A stretch of DNA of 64,000 bases, taken from assembly GCA_963697985.1 (NCBI GenBank), contig CAVOPM010000002.1:108660-172659 (forward strand), written 5' to 3'. A model generated the notes under the pieces. It searched no databases and was not told the DNA's origin. It saw only the letters and a program-made list of their open reading frames with translations. Position numbers and translations under genes: made by a program. Numbering within the stretch: position 1 is the stretch's first letter; each line of letters opens with the position of its first letter. The DNA comes from an uncultured Solirubrobacteraceae bacterium (GTDB taxonomy: Bacteria > Actinomycetota > Thermoleophilia > Solirubrobacterales > Solirubrobacteraceae). Shown here in pieces: positions 9,946 to 19,568 of this stretch.

Positions 9946-11793
9946 ATGCGTAGCAAGCCGCTACTGATCGCTTGTGTCGCGCTTTGCGCACAGCCCGCCG
10001 TCGCCTCGGCCGCCGCCGGTCCCTCCCCGAGCGCACCGCCACAGGCGCAACTTACGACGGCGGCCCCCACCGCGACATCCACCGGTCAGAAGGCGACCAG
10101 CGCGCTTGCCTCCGGCCAATCGACGAGCTCGGAATCGCCGATTCCGGTGCCGGCCTCCGAAACCCCGCCCGCAGGCCGCAAGCTGTCCGCGGACAAGGTC
10201 CTCGCGATCGCCGGCGCGCTACCAAAGATGCGCGCCGCCCGCAAGGAATACCCGGGCTCATACGGGGGCGCGTACCTGAAGCTGCCGTTCCACTGGCAGG
10301 TGAGCTATTTCTCGCACAACGGGAAGAAGGAGATCGGGCAGGTGATCATCGACGACGCCTCGGGGCGGGTCCTTGAACAGTGGACCGGCTTTCAGGTGCC
10401 GTGGTCGATGGCGCGCGGCTACCCCGGCGCGTTCGGTAGGCACGTGAACGCGCTCTACATATGGCTGCCGCTGTCCGTGCTGTTTCTGCTCCCGTTCATC
10501 GATTTTCGCCGGCCGTTCTCGCTGCTGCACCTCGACCTGCTCGTGCTGATTTCGCTGTCGGTCTCGTTGGCGTTCTTCAACCACGGGAACATCTACGCGT
10601 CGGTTCCGACGGTGTATCCGCCGCTGCTGTACCTGCTCGCGCGGATGCTCGCGCTGAGCCGCCCGGGGCGGCGCGGCGGAGGTCGAGCGAGACCCCTGCG
10701 CCTGCTCGTCCCCGCTCCGTGGCTGGCGCTCGGCGTGGTGTTCCTGATCGGCTTTCGGATCGCGCTGAACGTGACCGACTCAAACGTGATCGATGTCGGC
10801 TACGCGGGCGTGATCGGAGCGCAGCGGATCGTCGACGGCAAGCCCCTTTACGGGTCCTTCCCGACGGACAACCAGCACGGTGACACATACGGCCCGGTCA
10901 ACTACGAGGCGTATGTGCCGTTTCAGCAGATCTTTGGCTGGAACGGCACCTGGGGCGATTTGCCGGCGGCGCATGCCGCGGCGATCGTGTTCGACCTCTT
11001 GGCGGTTGCGCTGATCTTCCTGCTGGGCCGTCGCGTTCGCGGGCCGACGTTGGGCATCGTGCTGGCCTACGCGTGGGTCTCCTACCCGTTCACGTTGTTT
11101 GCGCTGGAGAGCAACTCCAACGACGCGCTCGTGGCCGTGCTCCTGATGGCGGCGCTGCTGGCGGCTACGTCCGCACCGGCCCGCGGCGTGTTCGCCGCGC
11201 TGGCGGGGTTGACCAAGTTTGCGCCGCTGGCGCTCGTGCCGCTGCTTGCGACGCACGGCTTGTGGCGCGAGCCTGCGGCAGGGCCCGGCGAACCGTCCCA
11301 GACGACCGCGGCGCCGTCGCCTCCAGGCACGCGCGCGGCGTTACGCGCGCTCGCCATGTTCTTCTTGGCGCTGGTGGTAACTGCGGCGATCGTGTCGATC
11401 CCCGCGCTGAGCCACGACTCGCTGCACACGATCTATGAGCGGACGATCGCCTACCAGGCCAATCGCGGCTCCCCGTTCTCGGTATGGGGACTGTACGGCG
11501 GACTCGGCGGGCTGCAGAGGACCGTCCAGGTCCTCGCGGTCGTGCTCGCGGTCTCCCTGGCGGTCGTCCGCCGCAACCGCGACGTCGTCGGGCTGGCGGC
11601 GGCGTGCGCAGCTGTGGTGATCGCGACGCAGCTGGGCATCGAACACTGGTTCTACCTGTATGTCCCGTGGTTCTTTGCGCTGGCGATGCTCGCGCTGCTC
11701 GGGCGCTTCAGCCCTCCGTCGCGGCGTCCGGCGGTCGTGGCATCAGAATCTGCTCGATCGAGTCAGCCCGCATTGGCCGTGAGCAGCGGATGA
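9946..11793 (+). CDS. polytopic membrane protein, probable GT-C-type glycosyltransferase (DUF2029-like) with N-terminal PepSY-like domain
   Basis: Signal peptide MRSKPLLIACVALCAQPAVASA and a Ser/Thr/Pro linker. A PepSY-like segment (KVLAIAGALPKM...IGQVIIDDASGRVLEQWTG) is followed by more than 10 TM helices. Function is inferred only. Confidence 0.55.
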   Translation: MRSKPLLIACVALCAQPAVASAAAGPSPSAPPQAQLTTAAPTATSTGQKATSALASGQSTSSESPIPVPASETPPAGRKLSADKVLAIAGALPKMRAARKEYPGSYGGAYLKLPFHWQVSYFSHNGKKEIGQVIIDDASGRVLEQWTGFQVPWSMARGYPGAFGRHVNALYIWLPLSVLFLLPFIDFRRPFSLLHLDLLVLISLSVSLAFFNHGNIYASVPTVYPPLLYLLARMLALSRPGRRGGGRARPLRLLVPAPWLALGVVFLIGFRIALNVTDSNVIDVGYAGVIGAQRIVDGKPLYGSFPTDNQHGDTYGPVNYEAYVPFQQIFGWNGTWGDLPAAHAAAIVFDLLAVALIFLLGRRVRGPTLGIVLAYAWVSYPFTLFALESNSNDALVAVLLMAALLAATSAPARGVFAALAGLTKFAPLALVPLLATHGLWREPAAGPGEPSQTTAAPSPPGTRAALRALAMFFLALVVTAAIVSIPALSHDSLHTIYERTIAYQANRGSPFSVWGLYGGLGGLQRTVQVLAVVLAVSLAVVRRNRDVVGLAAACAAVVIATQLGIEHWFYLYVPWFFALAMLALLGRFSPPSRRPAVVASESARSSQPALAVSSG

Positions 11794-12595
11794 ACACGCC
11801 CATCAGCCACGGGTCCTCTTGCGAGGTCTCGAAGCGCACGGGCATCTGCGTGAGCAGCGACTCGATTGCCTGCTCGCGCTTGACGCCGATCACGCCGCCG
11901 CGCGGACCGGTCATGCCGACGTCGGTGATGTAGGCGGTCCCGCCCGGGAGCACGCGCGCGTCGGCGGTCGGCACGTGCGTGTGCGTGCCGACGACGGCCG
12001 TCACGCGCCCGTCAAGGTGCCAGCCCATCGCGACCTTCTCGGAGGTGGCCTCGGCGTGCATGTCGACGAGCACGTACTCGATCGCCCCCAACTCGCCGAG
12101 TGCCGCCTCGATCTCCGTGAAGGCCGAGCGCCCGGCGCGCAGGAAGAGGTTCCCGCTGAGGTTCACGACGCCCAGCCGGACGCCATCGTGCTCGACCACG
12201 CAGACGCCGTGGCCGGGCTGGCTGCGCAGGAAGTTGGCCGGCCGCACGATTCGTGGCTGAGCGTCGAGATAGCGGTAGATCTCGCGGCGATGGTAGGTGT
12301 GGTTGCCCAGCGTGATCGCGTCGATGCCCGCCGCGAACAGCTCGTCGGCGATCTTCGGCGTGATGCCCAGGCCGCCGGCGACGTTCTCGCCGTTGACGAC
12401 GACGAAGGTCGGCGCGTAGCGCTCGCGCAGGACGGGCAGGCTCTCGAGCATGGTGCGCCGGCCGATCCCTCCGACGAGGTCGCCGACGAACAGGATGCCG
12501 ACCTCGCCGCTCGCCTCGCCGCCGTCCGCCTCCTGTCGATCTTGCGCGGGGCTCGTCGCGGATCCCTCCGCGGCCGCCGCCTGGATCTCAGCCAT
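11708..12595 (-). CDS. YmdB-like (TIGR00282) metallophosphoesterase
   Basis: Contains ILFVGDLVGGIGR...VVNGENVAGGLGIT...LGNHTYH...VDMHAEATSEK...VVGTHTHVPTAD...YITDVGMTG. ATG at 12595 (MAEIQ); the ORF track extends to 12694. Confidence 0.85.
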   Translation of the reverse strand: MAEIQAAAAEGSATSPAQDRQEADGGEASGEVGILFVGDLVGGIGRRTMLESLPVLRERYAPTFVVVNGENVAGGLGITPKIADELFAAGIDAITLGNHTYHRREIYRYLDAQPRIVRPANFLRSQPGHGVCVVEHDGVRLGVVNLSGNLFLRAGRSAFTEIEAALGELGAIEYVLVDMHAEATSEKVAMGWHLDGRVTAVVGTHTHVPTADARVLPGGTAYITDVGMTGPRGGVIGVKREQAIESLLTQMPVRFETSQEDPWLMGVFIRCSRPMRADSIEQILMPRPPDAATEG

Positions 12596-12618
12596 ACTCT
12601 GCCGATGGTGGGAGGCAA

Positions 12619-13887
12619 GTGAAAGGAGTCTCCGGGGACGCTCCCGAGGCCGGCCGACCCAGCGTTCCGGGCACCACGCCCGCGGCCGGCGCACCCAGCG
12701 AGGAGGAGAAGGCGCTGGCGGGTCGCGACGAGCGCTCGGAGGCGGCGCAGTCGGAGGCGGCGGTCGACCAGGCGCCAGCCGAGCCGGCGCGTGCGGTGGT
12801 GCCCAGGTGGGTCCAGCTGGTGCTGCTGCCGCTGGCGCTGCTCGTGCTGTACGCGCTCGCGAAGGCGGCAGGGAAAGTGCTGTTGATCTTCTTGGTGGCG
12901 GGAGTCATCGCGCTGATCCTCAACCCGGCCGTCGCCTTCGTTCAGCGCCGGCGGCTCCCGCGCGGTTTGGCGGTGCTTGCCGTGTATCTCGCATTCTTCC
13001 TGACGCTGGCCGGGATAGGAGTGCTACTTGCCAACCCTATCTCCAATCAGGTGCGGACGTTCACGAACAACCTCCCGCAGATCGTCAACGAAGCGAACAA
13101 GAAGATCGCGACCTTCCAGAGCGAACTCAACGAACAGGGCCTGCACGTGGAACTCGTCAAACAGGGCAAGACGGCGCTGCAGACGTTCCAGGAGAAAATC
13201 GCCAAGAGCGCCGGCAAACTTGCGTCGTTCGGCGGCGGGCTGCTGACCGAAGCGGCCAACGCGATCTTCGACCTGATCCTGGTGTTCGTGCTGTCGGTGT
13301 ACATGCTCTTGTACGGCGAGCGAATCGGGGCGCTCGCTCGTCGCGTAATGCCGGACGGCGACGGCTCGCGCGCTGACGATTACCCGTCGCTCGTGCAGCG
13401 CGCGGTCTCCCGCTATGTCGGCGGCCAGCTCCTGTTCAGCCTGGTCATGGGCGCATCGACGGGTCTCGCGCTGTATCTGTTCGGCGAAACGGGGATCTTC
13501 CCCGACGGCAGCAAGTACGCGATCGCGTTCGCGGTGTTCTATGGCGTGATGGAGCTGGTGCCGTACATCGGCCCGATCCTCGGCGCGCTGCCGCCGGTCC
13601 TGGTCGCGCTGTTCACCAACCCGATCACCGCGTTGTGGGTGGCGCTCCTGTTCGTCGCACTGCAGCAGCTCGAGGGCCACGTGGTGGCGCCGCAGATCTT
13701 CGGACACACGCTGCGGATCAACCCCCTGCTCGTGATCTTCGCGCTCCTGCTCGGGCTGCAGCTGTACGGGATCGTGGGTGCGTTGGTGGCGCTCCCGATC
13801 CTGTCGATCGTGCGCGAGACAGTCGCCTACCTGTCCCGTCATGTCACGTTCGAACCGTGGGATCGCTCCCGCGAGGGCCTGCTGTGA
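12619..13887 (+). CDS. AI-2E family transporter (PerM/UPF0118)
   Basis: 422 aa with a disordered N-terminus followed by 7-8 TM helices. The conserved C-terminal region is ELVPYIGPILGALPPVLVAL...LQQLEGHVVAPQIFG. Confidence 0.85.
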   Translation: MKGVSGDAPEAGRPSVPGTTPAAGAPSEEEKALAGRDERSEAAQSEAAVDQAPAEPARAVVPRWVQLVLLPLALLVLYALAKAAGKVLLIFLVAGVIALILNPAVAFVQRRRLPRGLAVLAVYLAFFLTLAGIGVLLANPISNQVRTFTNNLPQIVNEANKKIATFQSELNEQGLHVELVKQGKTALQTFQEKIAKSAGKLASFGGGLLTEAANAIFDLILVFVLSVYMLLYGERIGALARRVMPDGDGSRADDYPSLVQRAVSRYVGGQLLFSLVMGASTGLALYLFGETGIFPDGSKYAIAFAVFYGVMELVPYIGPILGALPPVLVALFTNPITALWVALLFVALQQLEGHVVAPQIFGHTLRINPLLVIFALLLGLQLYGIVGALVALPILSIVRETVAYLSRHVTFEPWDRSREGLL

Positions 13888-14002
13888 TCGGGCGGGGAAG
13901 GCCATTTTTGGGAGACTTGCGCGCCCGTCGCTTCGTCCAGCGTCGCCGGCACCGGTCACCGCAGCTGTTGGCGCTATAAGGCGAGCGTTGGCCGATCCTC
14001 TC

Positions 14003-14704
14003 TTGAGCGTGCGGGATCTCGCCAAGCGCTATGGCGAGCGGGTGGCATTGAGGGACGTGAGCTTCGACGTTGGGGCGGGCGAGCTGGTCGCGGTCGTGGG
14101 ACCGAACGGCGCCGGCAAGACGACGCTGCTGTCGATCCTCGCCGGCGTGCAGCGCGCGAGCTCCGGCGCCCTCAGCGGTCGCGCGGGGCCCGTCGGAGAG
14201 CGGACGATCGGGTGGGTCCCACAGCAGCCGGCGCTGTACTCGAAGCTCACGGTGGAGGAGAACCTGCGGCTGTTCGCGCGCTTGGAGAGGCTGCCCGATC
14301 CGGGCTCGGCGGTCGCGGCGATGTTGGCGCAGACCGAGCTGCACGATCGCGCGCACGAGCTCGTGGAGCGCCTGTCCGGCGGGAACCGTCAGCGCGTCAA
14401 CGTCGCGCTCGGGCTGATCGCCGATCCCGAGCTGCTCGCGCTCGACGAGCCGTCCTCCGCGCTCGACCCGGGTCAGCGCGCGCGGCTGTGGGAGTTCGTC
14501 GGGCAGCTCGTGCAGCGGGGCAGGAGCGTCCTGTTCTCGACGCATCATCTCGGTGAGGTTCGCCGGTACGCCACGCGGGCGATCGTCCTGGCCGACGGCG
14601 AGCTCCTGTTCGACGGGCCTCCGCGCGAGCTGATCGCAACGAGCGGGCCGGGCGAGGACTTCGAGGGAGCGTTCATCGCGTTTCTGAAAGCGCGCGGTCA
14701 CTGA
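14003..14704 (+). CDS. ABC transporter ATP-binding protein
   Basis: Walker A GPNGAGKTT, signature LSGGNRQRV, Walker B LLALDEPSSALD. The likely start is TTG 14003 or GTG 14009 just before LSVRDLAKRYG. Confidence 0.85.
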   Translation: MSVRDLAKRYGERVALRDVSFDVGAGELVAVVGPNGAGKTTLLSILAGVQRASSGALSGRAGPVGERTIGWVPQQPALYSKLTVEENLRLFARLERLPDPGSAVAAMLAQTELHDRAHELVERLSGGNRQRVNVALGLIADPELLALDEPSSALDPGQRARLWEFVGQLVQRGRSVLFSTHHLGEVRRYATRAIVLADGELLFDGPPRELIATSGPGEDFEGAFIAFLKARGH

Positions 14705-14706
14705 GG

Positions 14707-16038
14707 ATGCGCTGGCTGTTGCAGAAGGACCTGACGATCCTGCGCCGGTCGCGTGCGCTGGTGGCCGTGCTCGTGGTCTACCCGGTCGCGATCGCGCTGC
14801 TGATCGGACTCGCGATCTCCCGCGGCCCGAGCAAGCCGCGCGTGGCGATCGTCGATCAGACGCCGCCGGGGCAGACCGTTCGGGTTGGCAGCGCGCGCGT
14901 GGCGGTCAGCCGCTATGCCGAACAGCTATTCAGCCAGGTGCAATCCACGCGCGTGGGGACCCGCGCGCAGGCGATCGCGGAGATCAAGAGCGGCAAGGTG
15001 CTGGCGGCGGTCGTGATCCCGCCGGACATCGTCTCGCGCCTTGCCTCGGGCGTCGAGCAGGCGCACCTGGAAGTCCTTTACAACGGCAACGCGCTGGAGC
15101 AGTCGCTGGTGCAGTCGCAGCTGAGCTCGGCGCTCGCGCAGGCGAACATCGGATTCTCCGAACAGATCCAGCGCGCGGCGGCGCAGGCGATCGGCGTGTT
15201 GCTCAGCGGCGGCAACCTCGGCGTGCTCGGCGCACCTCCGAACCTCCTCGGGCTGAGCCAGATCCCGGGGAAGCTGCGCGCGGTGATCGCGCGCCAGCCC
15301 CCCGGTCCGGATCGCGCGGCGCTCGAACAGGTCGAGGCGTTCGCCGCGTTCGCCGCACAGAATCTGAGCCTCGCGAGGAACGTGCTGTCGACGATCGGCC
15401 AGCCGATCCAGGTCCAGAGCACGCTGATCCAGGGGCGTCGCACGCCCCTGAACACGTTCGCGGTCGTCGTCGCGGTGAGCGTGTCGCTGATGTTCATCTG
15501 CGTGCTGCTCGCCTCAGGCGGCGTGGCGCTGGAGCGCGAGGAGCACGCGCTGGCGCGTCTGGTGCGCGGCCTGGTCTCGCGCGAGGCGCTGCTGGCCGAG
15601 AAGGCGACGCTGGCAGCCGGCTGCGGGTTCGCAGTCGCGTTCGCGATGCTCGCCGGGATCGGTGCGTTCGTCGCGCTCGACTGGAGTCGCGTCGGACTGT
15701 GGCTGCTGGCGTTAGCGTGCGGCTCGATCGCGTTCGGCGCCCTGGGCGTGGCGATCGGCGGGCTCGCGCGCGAGGTGCGCGCGGCGTCGTTGCTGGCGTT
15801 CCTGCTGTCGCTGCCGCTCGCCTTCCTCGCGCTCGTCCCCGGCGGCTCGGTCGGGGCGGCGCTGTATGAAGCGATCGGGGTGATCTCGTTCGTATTTCCC
15901 TTCAAGGCCTCTCTGCAGGCACTGGACGCCGCCGTCAACGGCGCAACGCCTGCGATTGGCGGGCCGCTGGCGCATCTGCTCGTCCTGGCGATCGCGTTCG
16001 GCGCGCTCGCGCGCGTGGGACTGCGTCACGCGGAGTGA
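14707..16038 (+). CDS. ABC-2 type transporter permease
   Basis: 443 aa. It follows the ATPase stop after a 2-nt gap. It has one N-terminal TM helix, a large extracytoplasmic loop and a C-terminal 5-TM bundle. Confidence 0.75.
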   Translation: MRWLLQKDLTILRRSRALVAVLVVYPVAIALLIGLAISRGPSKPRVAIVDQTPPGQTVRVGSARVAVSRYAEQLFSQVQSTRVGTRAQAIAEIKSGKVLAAVVIPPDIVSRLASGVEQAHLEVLYNGNALEQSLVQSQLSSALAQANIGFSEQIQRAAAQAIGVLLSGGNLGVLGAPPNLLGLSQIPGKLRAVIARQPPGPDRAALEQVEAFAAFAAQNLSLARNVLSTIGQPIQVQSTLIQGRRTPLNTFAVVVAVSVSLMFICVLLASGGVALEREEHALARLVRGLVSREALLAEKATLAAGCGFAVAFAMLAGIGAFVALDWSRVGLWLLALACGSIAFGALGVAIGGLAREVRAASLLAFLLSLPLAFLALVPGGSVGAALYEAIGVISFVFPFKASLQALDAAVNGATPAIGGPLAHLLVLAIAFGALARVGLRHAE

Positions 16039-16091
16039 ATCCGGCGTCGATCGTGCCGCCCCGCGCGGGGAGGCTCTAACCTCAAGGGGCG

Positions 16092-17075
16092 ATGTCCTTC
16101 CCCAATACGCGCATGCGCAGGCTGCGTGCCACGGCCGGACTGCGCGGACTCGTGCGCGAGACCGAGCTCGACCCCGGCCGGCTCGTGTTGCCGCTGTTCG
16201 TGTCGGAGACGGGCGGCGCCCGCGAGCCGATAGCGACGATGCCGGGCGTGGAGCGGCTGTCGATCGCCGCCGCCGTCGCCGAGGCCGCCGAGGCCGCGAC
16301 TCTGGGGATCACCGCCGTGCTGCTGTTCGGCGTTCCGGCCGAGAAGGACGAGCACGGCTCCGGCGCCTGGGACGAGGAAGGCGTCGTGCAGGTGGCGACG
16401 CGGGCGATCAAGCAGGCGTGCGGAGAGCTGCTGGTCATCACCGACGTGTGCCTGTGCGAGTACACCGCTCACGGGCACTGCGGCGTGCTGCGCGAGGACG
16501 GGGCCGTGGACAACGATGCGACGATCGAGCTGCTTGCTCAGACCGCCGTCAGCCACGCCCGCGCGGGCGTGGATCTCGTGGCCCCATCGGACATGATGGA
16601 CGGGCGTGTGGGCTCGATCCGCCAAGAGCTCGACGGCGAGGGATTCTCCGAGACGCCGATACTCGCCTACTCGGCGAAGTTCGCGTCCGCGTTCTACGGG
16701 CCGTTCCGCGAGGCGGCCGGCTCGACGCCCGCGTTTGGCGATCGTCGCGCCTACCAGATGGACCCCGCCAACGGCGAGGAGGCGGTGCGCGAGGCGCTGC
16801 TCGACGTGCAGGAGGGGGCCGACATGGTGATGGTCAAGCCGGCCCTGGCGTATGGCGACGTGATCGCAGCGGTCAAGCGTGCGACGCGCCTGCCCGTAGC
16901 CGCGTACAACGTCAGCGGCGAGTATGCGATGGTGAAGGCCGCCGCCGCGGCCGGCTATCTCGAGGAGCGCGCGACGGTGCTCGAGATCCTCACCTCTCTG
17001 CGCCGCGCCGGCGCCGACACGATCATCTCCTACCACGCAAAGGACGCCGCTCGATGGCTGGCAGAGCAGACCTGA
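16092..17075 (+). CDS. hemB: porphobilinogen synthase (delta-aminolevulinate dehydratase)
   Basis: 327 aa: MRRLRATAGLRGLVRETELDPGRLVLPLFV..., active-site region ...APSDMMDGRV, MVKPALAYGD. Confidence 0.92.
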   Translation: MSFPNTRMRRLRATAGLRGLVRETELDPGRLVLPLFVSETGGAREPIATMPGVERLSIAAAVAEAAEAATLGITAVLLFGVPAEKDEHGSGAWDEEGVVQVATRAIKQACGELLVITDVCLCEYTAHGHCGVLREDGAVDNDATIELLAQTAVSHARAGVDLVAPSDMMDGRVGSIRQELDGEGFSETPILAYSAKFASAFYGPFREAAGSTPAFGDRRAYQMDPANGEEAVREALLDVQEGADMVMVKPALAYGDVIAAVKRATRLPVAAYNVSGEYAMVKAAAAAGYLEERATVLEILTSLRRAGADTIISYHAKDAARWLAEQT

Positions 17076-18256
17076 CCAACCAGACGGCGAGCCCCACGCC
17101 CCAGGCGGCCGGCGCCGAGGACCAGACGCCCGGCGCCGAGGACCAGACGCCCGGCGCCGAGGACCAGACGCCCGACGCCGAGCGCGTGGCCGCGGCCGTC
17201 CCCAAGATCCGCAGCCGCAAGGACGGCGCCGCCGTGCCGCTCGACGACGTCGACCGCAAGCTGCTGAACCTGATGCAGGGGAGCTTCCCGATCGCCACGA
17301 GGCCGTATCGACACGTGGCCGATCTCGGGGGCATCGGCGAGGCCGAGGTGATGGGTCGGGTGCAGCGCCTGCTCGACAAGCGCATCATCCGTCAGGTCAC
17401 CCCGATCTTCGACACGAGGGCGCTGGGCTACTCCTCGATGCTGGTGGCCGCCAAGGTCGACCCTGAGCACCCCCATCGTGCCGCCCAGGTCATCAACGGA
17501 CATCCGGGCGTCTCGCACAACTACCTGCGCAACCACGAGTTCAACCTGTGGTTCACGATCGCGACCGAGCCCGACTCCAAGCTGGGGCTCGAGGGCACGC
17601 TCGAGGTGCTTGCAGAGGCCGCCGGCGCCGAGTCCGTGCGCCAGCTGCCGACGCTGAGGCTGTTCAAGATCCGCATGGACCTCGAGATGGAGGGGGACAC
17701 GCAGGCGCTGGCGAGCTTCGCCGAGGCGACCGAGCCGATCGAGCTCGAGCGGCAACCGTATGACGAGCTCGACATCGCCGTGATCAGGGCGCTGCAGGGC
17801 GACATGCCGGTGCTCGAAACGCCCTACGCGGCTGCCGCCGCCGAGTTGGGGATCGGCGAAGAGCGCCTGCTCGACCACCTGGCGGGGATGCAGGAGCGCG
17901 GGCTGCTGCGGCGGGTGGCCGCGATCCTCTACCACCGGCGCGCCGGCTTCTCGGCCAACGGCATGGGCGTGTGGGAGGTGCCCGACGGGCAGATCTTCGA
18001 CATCGGCCGCCGGATGGCGGCCTTCCGCGGGATCTCCCACTGCTACCAGCGCCCGACCTATGAGGACTGGCCCTACTCCGTTTTCACGATGGCCCACGGG
18101 CGCTCCAAGGAGGAGTGCGACGCGGTGCTCGACGCGATCGCCGAGGAGACCGGGATCCAAGGGCGCGCCACCCTCTACTCCTCGACCGAGTTCAAGAAGA
18201 TCCGCCTGCTGTACTTCACCGAGGACTTCAAGAACTGGGAGAGCGAGCACGCTTGA
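17054..18256 (+). CDS. siroheme decarboxylase-like protein, fused AhbA/AhbB (NirD/L/G/H family, two AsnC-type HTH + C-terminal domain modules)
   Basis: Two tandem modules are present. Module 1: LDDVDRKLLNLMQGSFPIATRPY...GHPGVSHNYLRNHEFNLWFTI...LFKIRMDL. Module 2: LDIAVIRALQGDMPVLETPY...FRGISHCYQRP..WPYSVFTMAHG...FKKIRLLYF. They follow a low-complexity N-terminus. The gene overlaps the hemB end by 22 nt. Confidence 0.7.
   Translation: MAGRADLTNQTASPTPQAAGAEDQTPGAEDQTPGAEDQTPDAERVAAAVPKIRSRKDGAAVPLDDVDRKLLNLMQGSFPIATRPYRHVADLGGIGEAEVMGRVQRLLDKRIIRQVTPIFDTRALGYSSMLVAAKVDPEHPHRAAQVINGHPGVSHNYLRNHEFNLWFTIATEPDSKLGLEGTLEVLAEAAGAESVRQLPTLRLFKIRMDLEMEGDTQALASFAEATEPIELERQPYDELDIAVIRALQGDMPVLETPYAAAAAELGIGEERLLDHLAGMQERGLLRRVAAILYHRRAGFSANGMGVWEVPDGQIFDIGRRMAAFRGISHCYQRPTYEDWPYSVFTMAHGRSKEECDAVLDAIAEETGIQGRATLYSSTEFKKIRLLYFTEDFKNWESEHA
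17111..17182 (+). repeat. perfect 21-nt tandem repeat x3 (+ partial), in frame (GAEDQTP)x3
   Basis: ggcgccgaggaccagacgccc occurs at 17111, 17132 and 17153, followed by the partial unit gacgccgag. Confidence 0.9.
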
Positions 18257-18266
18257 GCGCGCATCC

Positions 18267-19568
18267 GTGACGGCGTCGCTGACGGACACGCGCTCGGCCG
18301 ACTGCTACAGACGCGCGCGGGAGCTGATCCCGGGCGGCGTCAACTCGCCCGTGCGGGCGATGCGCGCGATCGGGCGCGAGCCGATCTTCATCGACCGCGG
18401 CGAGGGCGCCGAACTGTTCGACGTGGACGGCAATCGCTACGTCGACTACGTCTGCTCGTGGGGTCCGCTGATCGCGGGCCATGCCCATCCGCTGGTGCTG
18501 GCGGCCGTCAACGAGGCCGCGGCGAAGGGGACGAGCTTCGGCGCGCCGACGGCCGGCGAGGTGGAGCTCGCGGCCGAGGTTGCGCGGCGGATGGAGGGCG
18601 TCGAGATGCTGCGCATGACCTCCTCCGGGACGGAGGCGACGATGACGGCGCTCCGGCTCGCCCGCGCGGCAACCGGGCGCGAGCGGGTGCTCAAGTTCGC
18701 CGGCGCCTATCACGGCCACGTCGACGGCCTTCTCGCCGAGGCGGGGTCGGGACTGGCCACGCAGGCGCTGCCGGCAAGCCCGGGCGTGCCCGCCGGCGCG
18801 ACGGCGGACACGGTGGTCGTCCCGTGGAATGACGCCGAGGCGCTGACGGACGCGACAGAAGGACAGGAGCTTGCGGCGATCCTCGCGGAGCCGCTGCCCG
18901 CAAACATGGGCCTCGTTCCACCGCAGCCCGGCTTTCTCGAGCTGCTGCGCGAGCGCGCGGACTCCAGCGGCGCGCTGCTCGTGCTGGACGAGGTGATCAG
19001 CGGCTTTCGCGTCGCCCGCGGCGGCGCGCAGGAGCTTCTTGGCGTGAGAGGCGACCTGACGATCATGGGCAAGGTCATCGGCGGCGGCCTGCCGGCGGCG
19101 GCGGTGGGTGGCGCGGCGGAGCTGATGCGGCTGCTCGCGCCGTCCGGAGACGTCTACCAGGCGGGCACCCTGTCGGGCAACCCGCTCGCGGTGGCGGCCG
19201 GCCTGGCCACGCTCGAGCTGCTCGATGAACCCGCCTACTTGCGGCTCGCCGCGATCACCGAGCGGCTCGTCGCGGGCCTGCGGGCGGCGGCGGGCGCGCG
19301 TCCGGTGCAGGTCGTCTCGGTGCCGGGCCTCGTCACCGTGTTCTTCAGCGCACGCCCGGTGCTGAGCTTCGAGGACGCGAAGGCCTGCGACCTGGACGCG
19401 CACGCGGCATGGTGTCGCGAGCTGCTCTCGCGCGGCGTGTATCCGCCTCCGTCGCAGTTCGAGGCCTGGTTCCCGTCGTTGGCGCACACGCCCGAGCAGC
19501 TCGAGCGCACGGTCGAGGCGGCGTCGGCGGCGTTCGCCGCCATGGAGCGGGAGGGGGTCGGAGGGTGA
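18267..19568 (+). CDS. hemL: glutamate-1-semialdehyde 2,1-aminomutase
   Basis: Contains LIPGGVNSPVRAMRAIGREPIFIDRGEGAELFDVDGNRYVDYV.SWGPLI.GHAHP, ...MGKVIGGGLPAAAVGG. GTG start at 18267. Confidence 0.92.
   Translation: MTASLTDTRSADCYRRARELIPGGVNSPVRAMRAIGREPIFIDRGEGAELFDVDGNRYVDYVCSWGPLIAGHAHPLVLAAVNEAAAKGTSFGAPTAGEVELAAEVARRMEGVEMLRMTSSGTEATMTALRLARAATGRERVLKFAGAYHGHVDGLLAEAGSGLATQALPASPGVPAGATADTVVVPWNDAEALTDATEGQELAAILAEPLPANMGLVPPQPGFLELLRERADSSGALLVLDEVISGFRVARGGAQELLGVRGDLTIMGKVIGGGLPAAAVGGAAELMRLLAPSGDVYQAGTLSGNPLAVAAGLATLELLDEPAYLRLAAITERLVAGLRAAAGARPVQVVSVPGLVTVFFSARPVLSFEDAKACDLDAHAAWCRELLSRGVYPPPSQFEAWFPSLAHTPEQLERTVEAASAAFAAMEREGVGG

Noticed and set aside
17111-17182. Tandem repeats at 17111-17182 and 24591-24656 considered as a CRISPR-like or intergenic VNTR array.
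   Set aside because: The units are directly adjacent with no spacers. They are multiples of 3 nt and in frame within ORFs, so they are coding low-complexity duplications.
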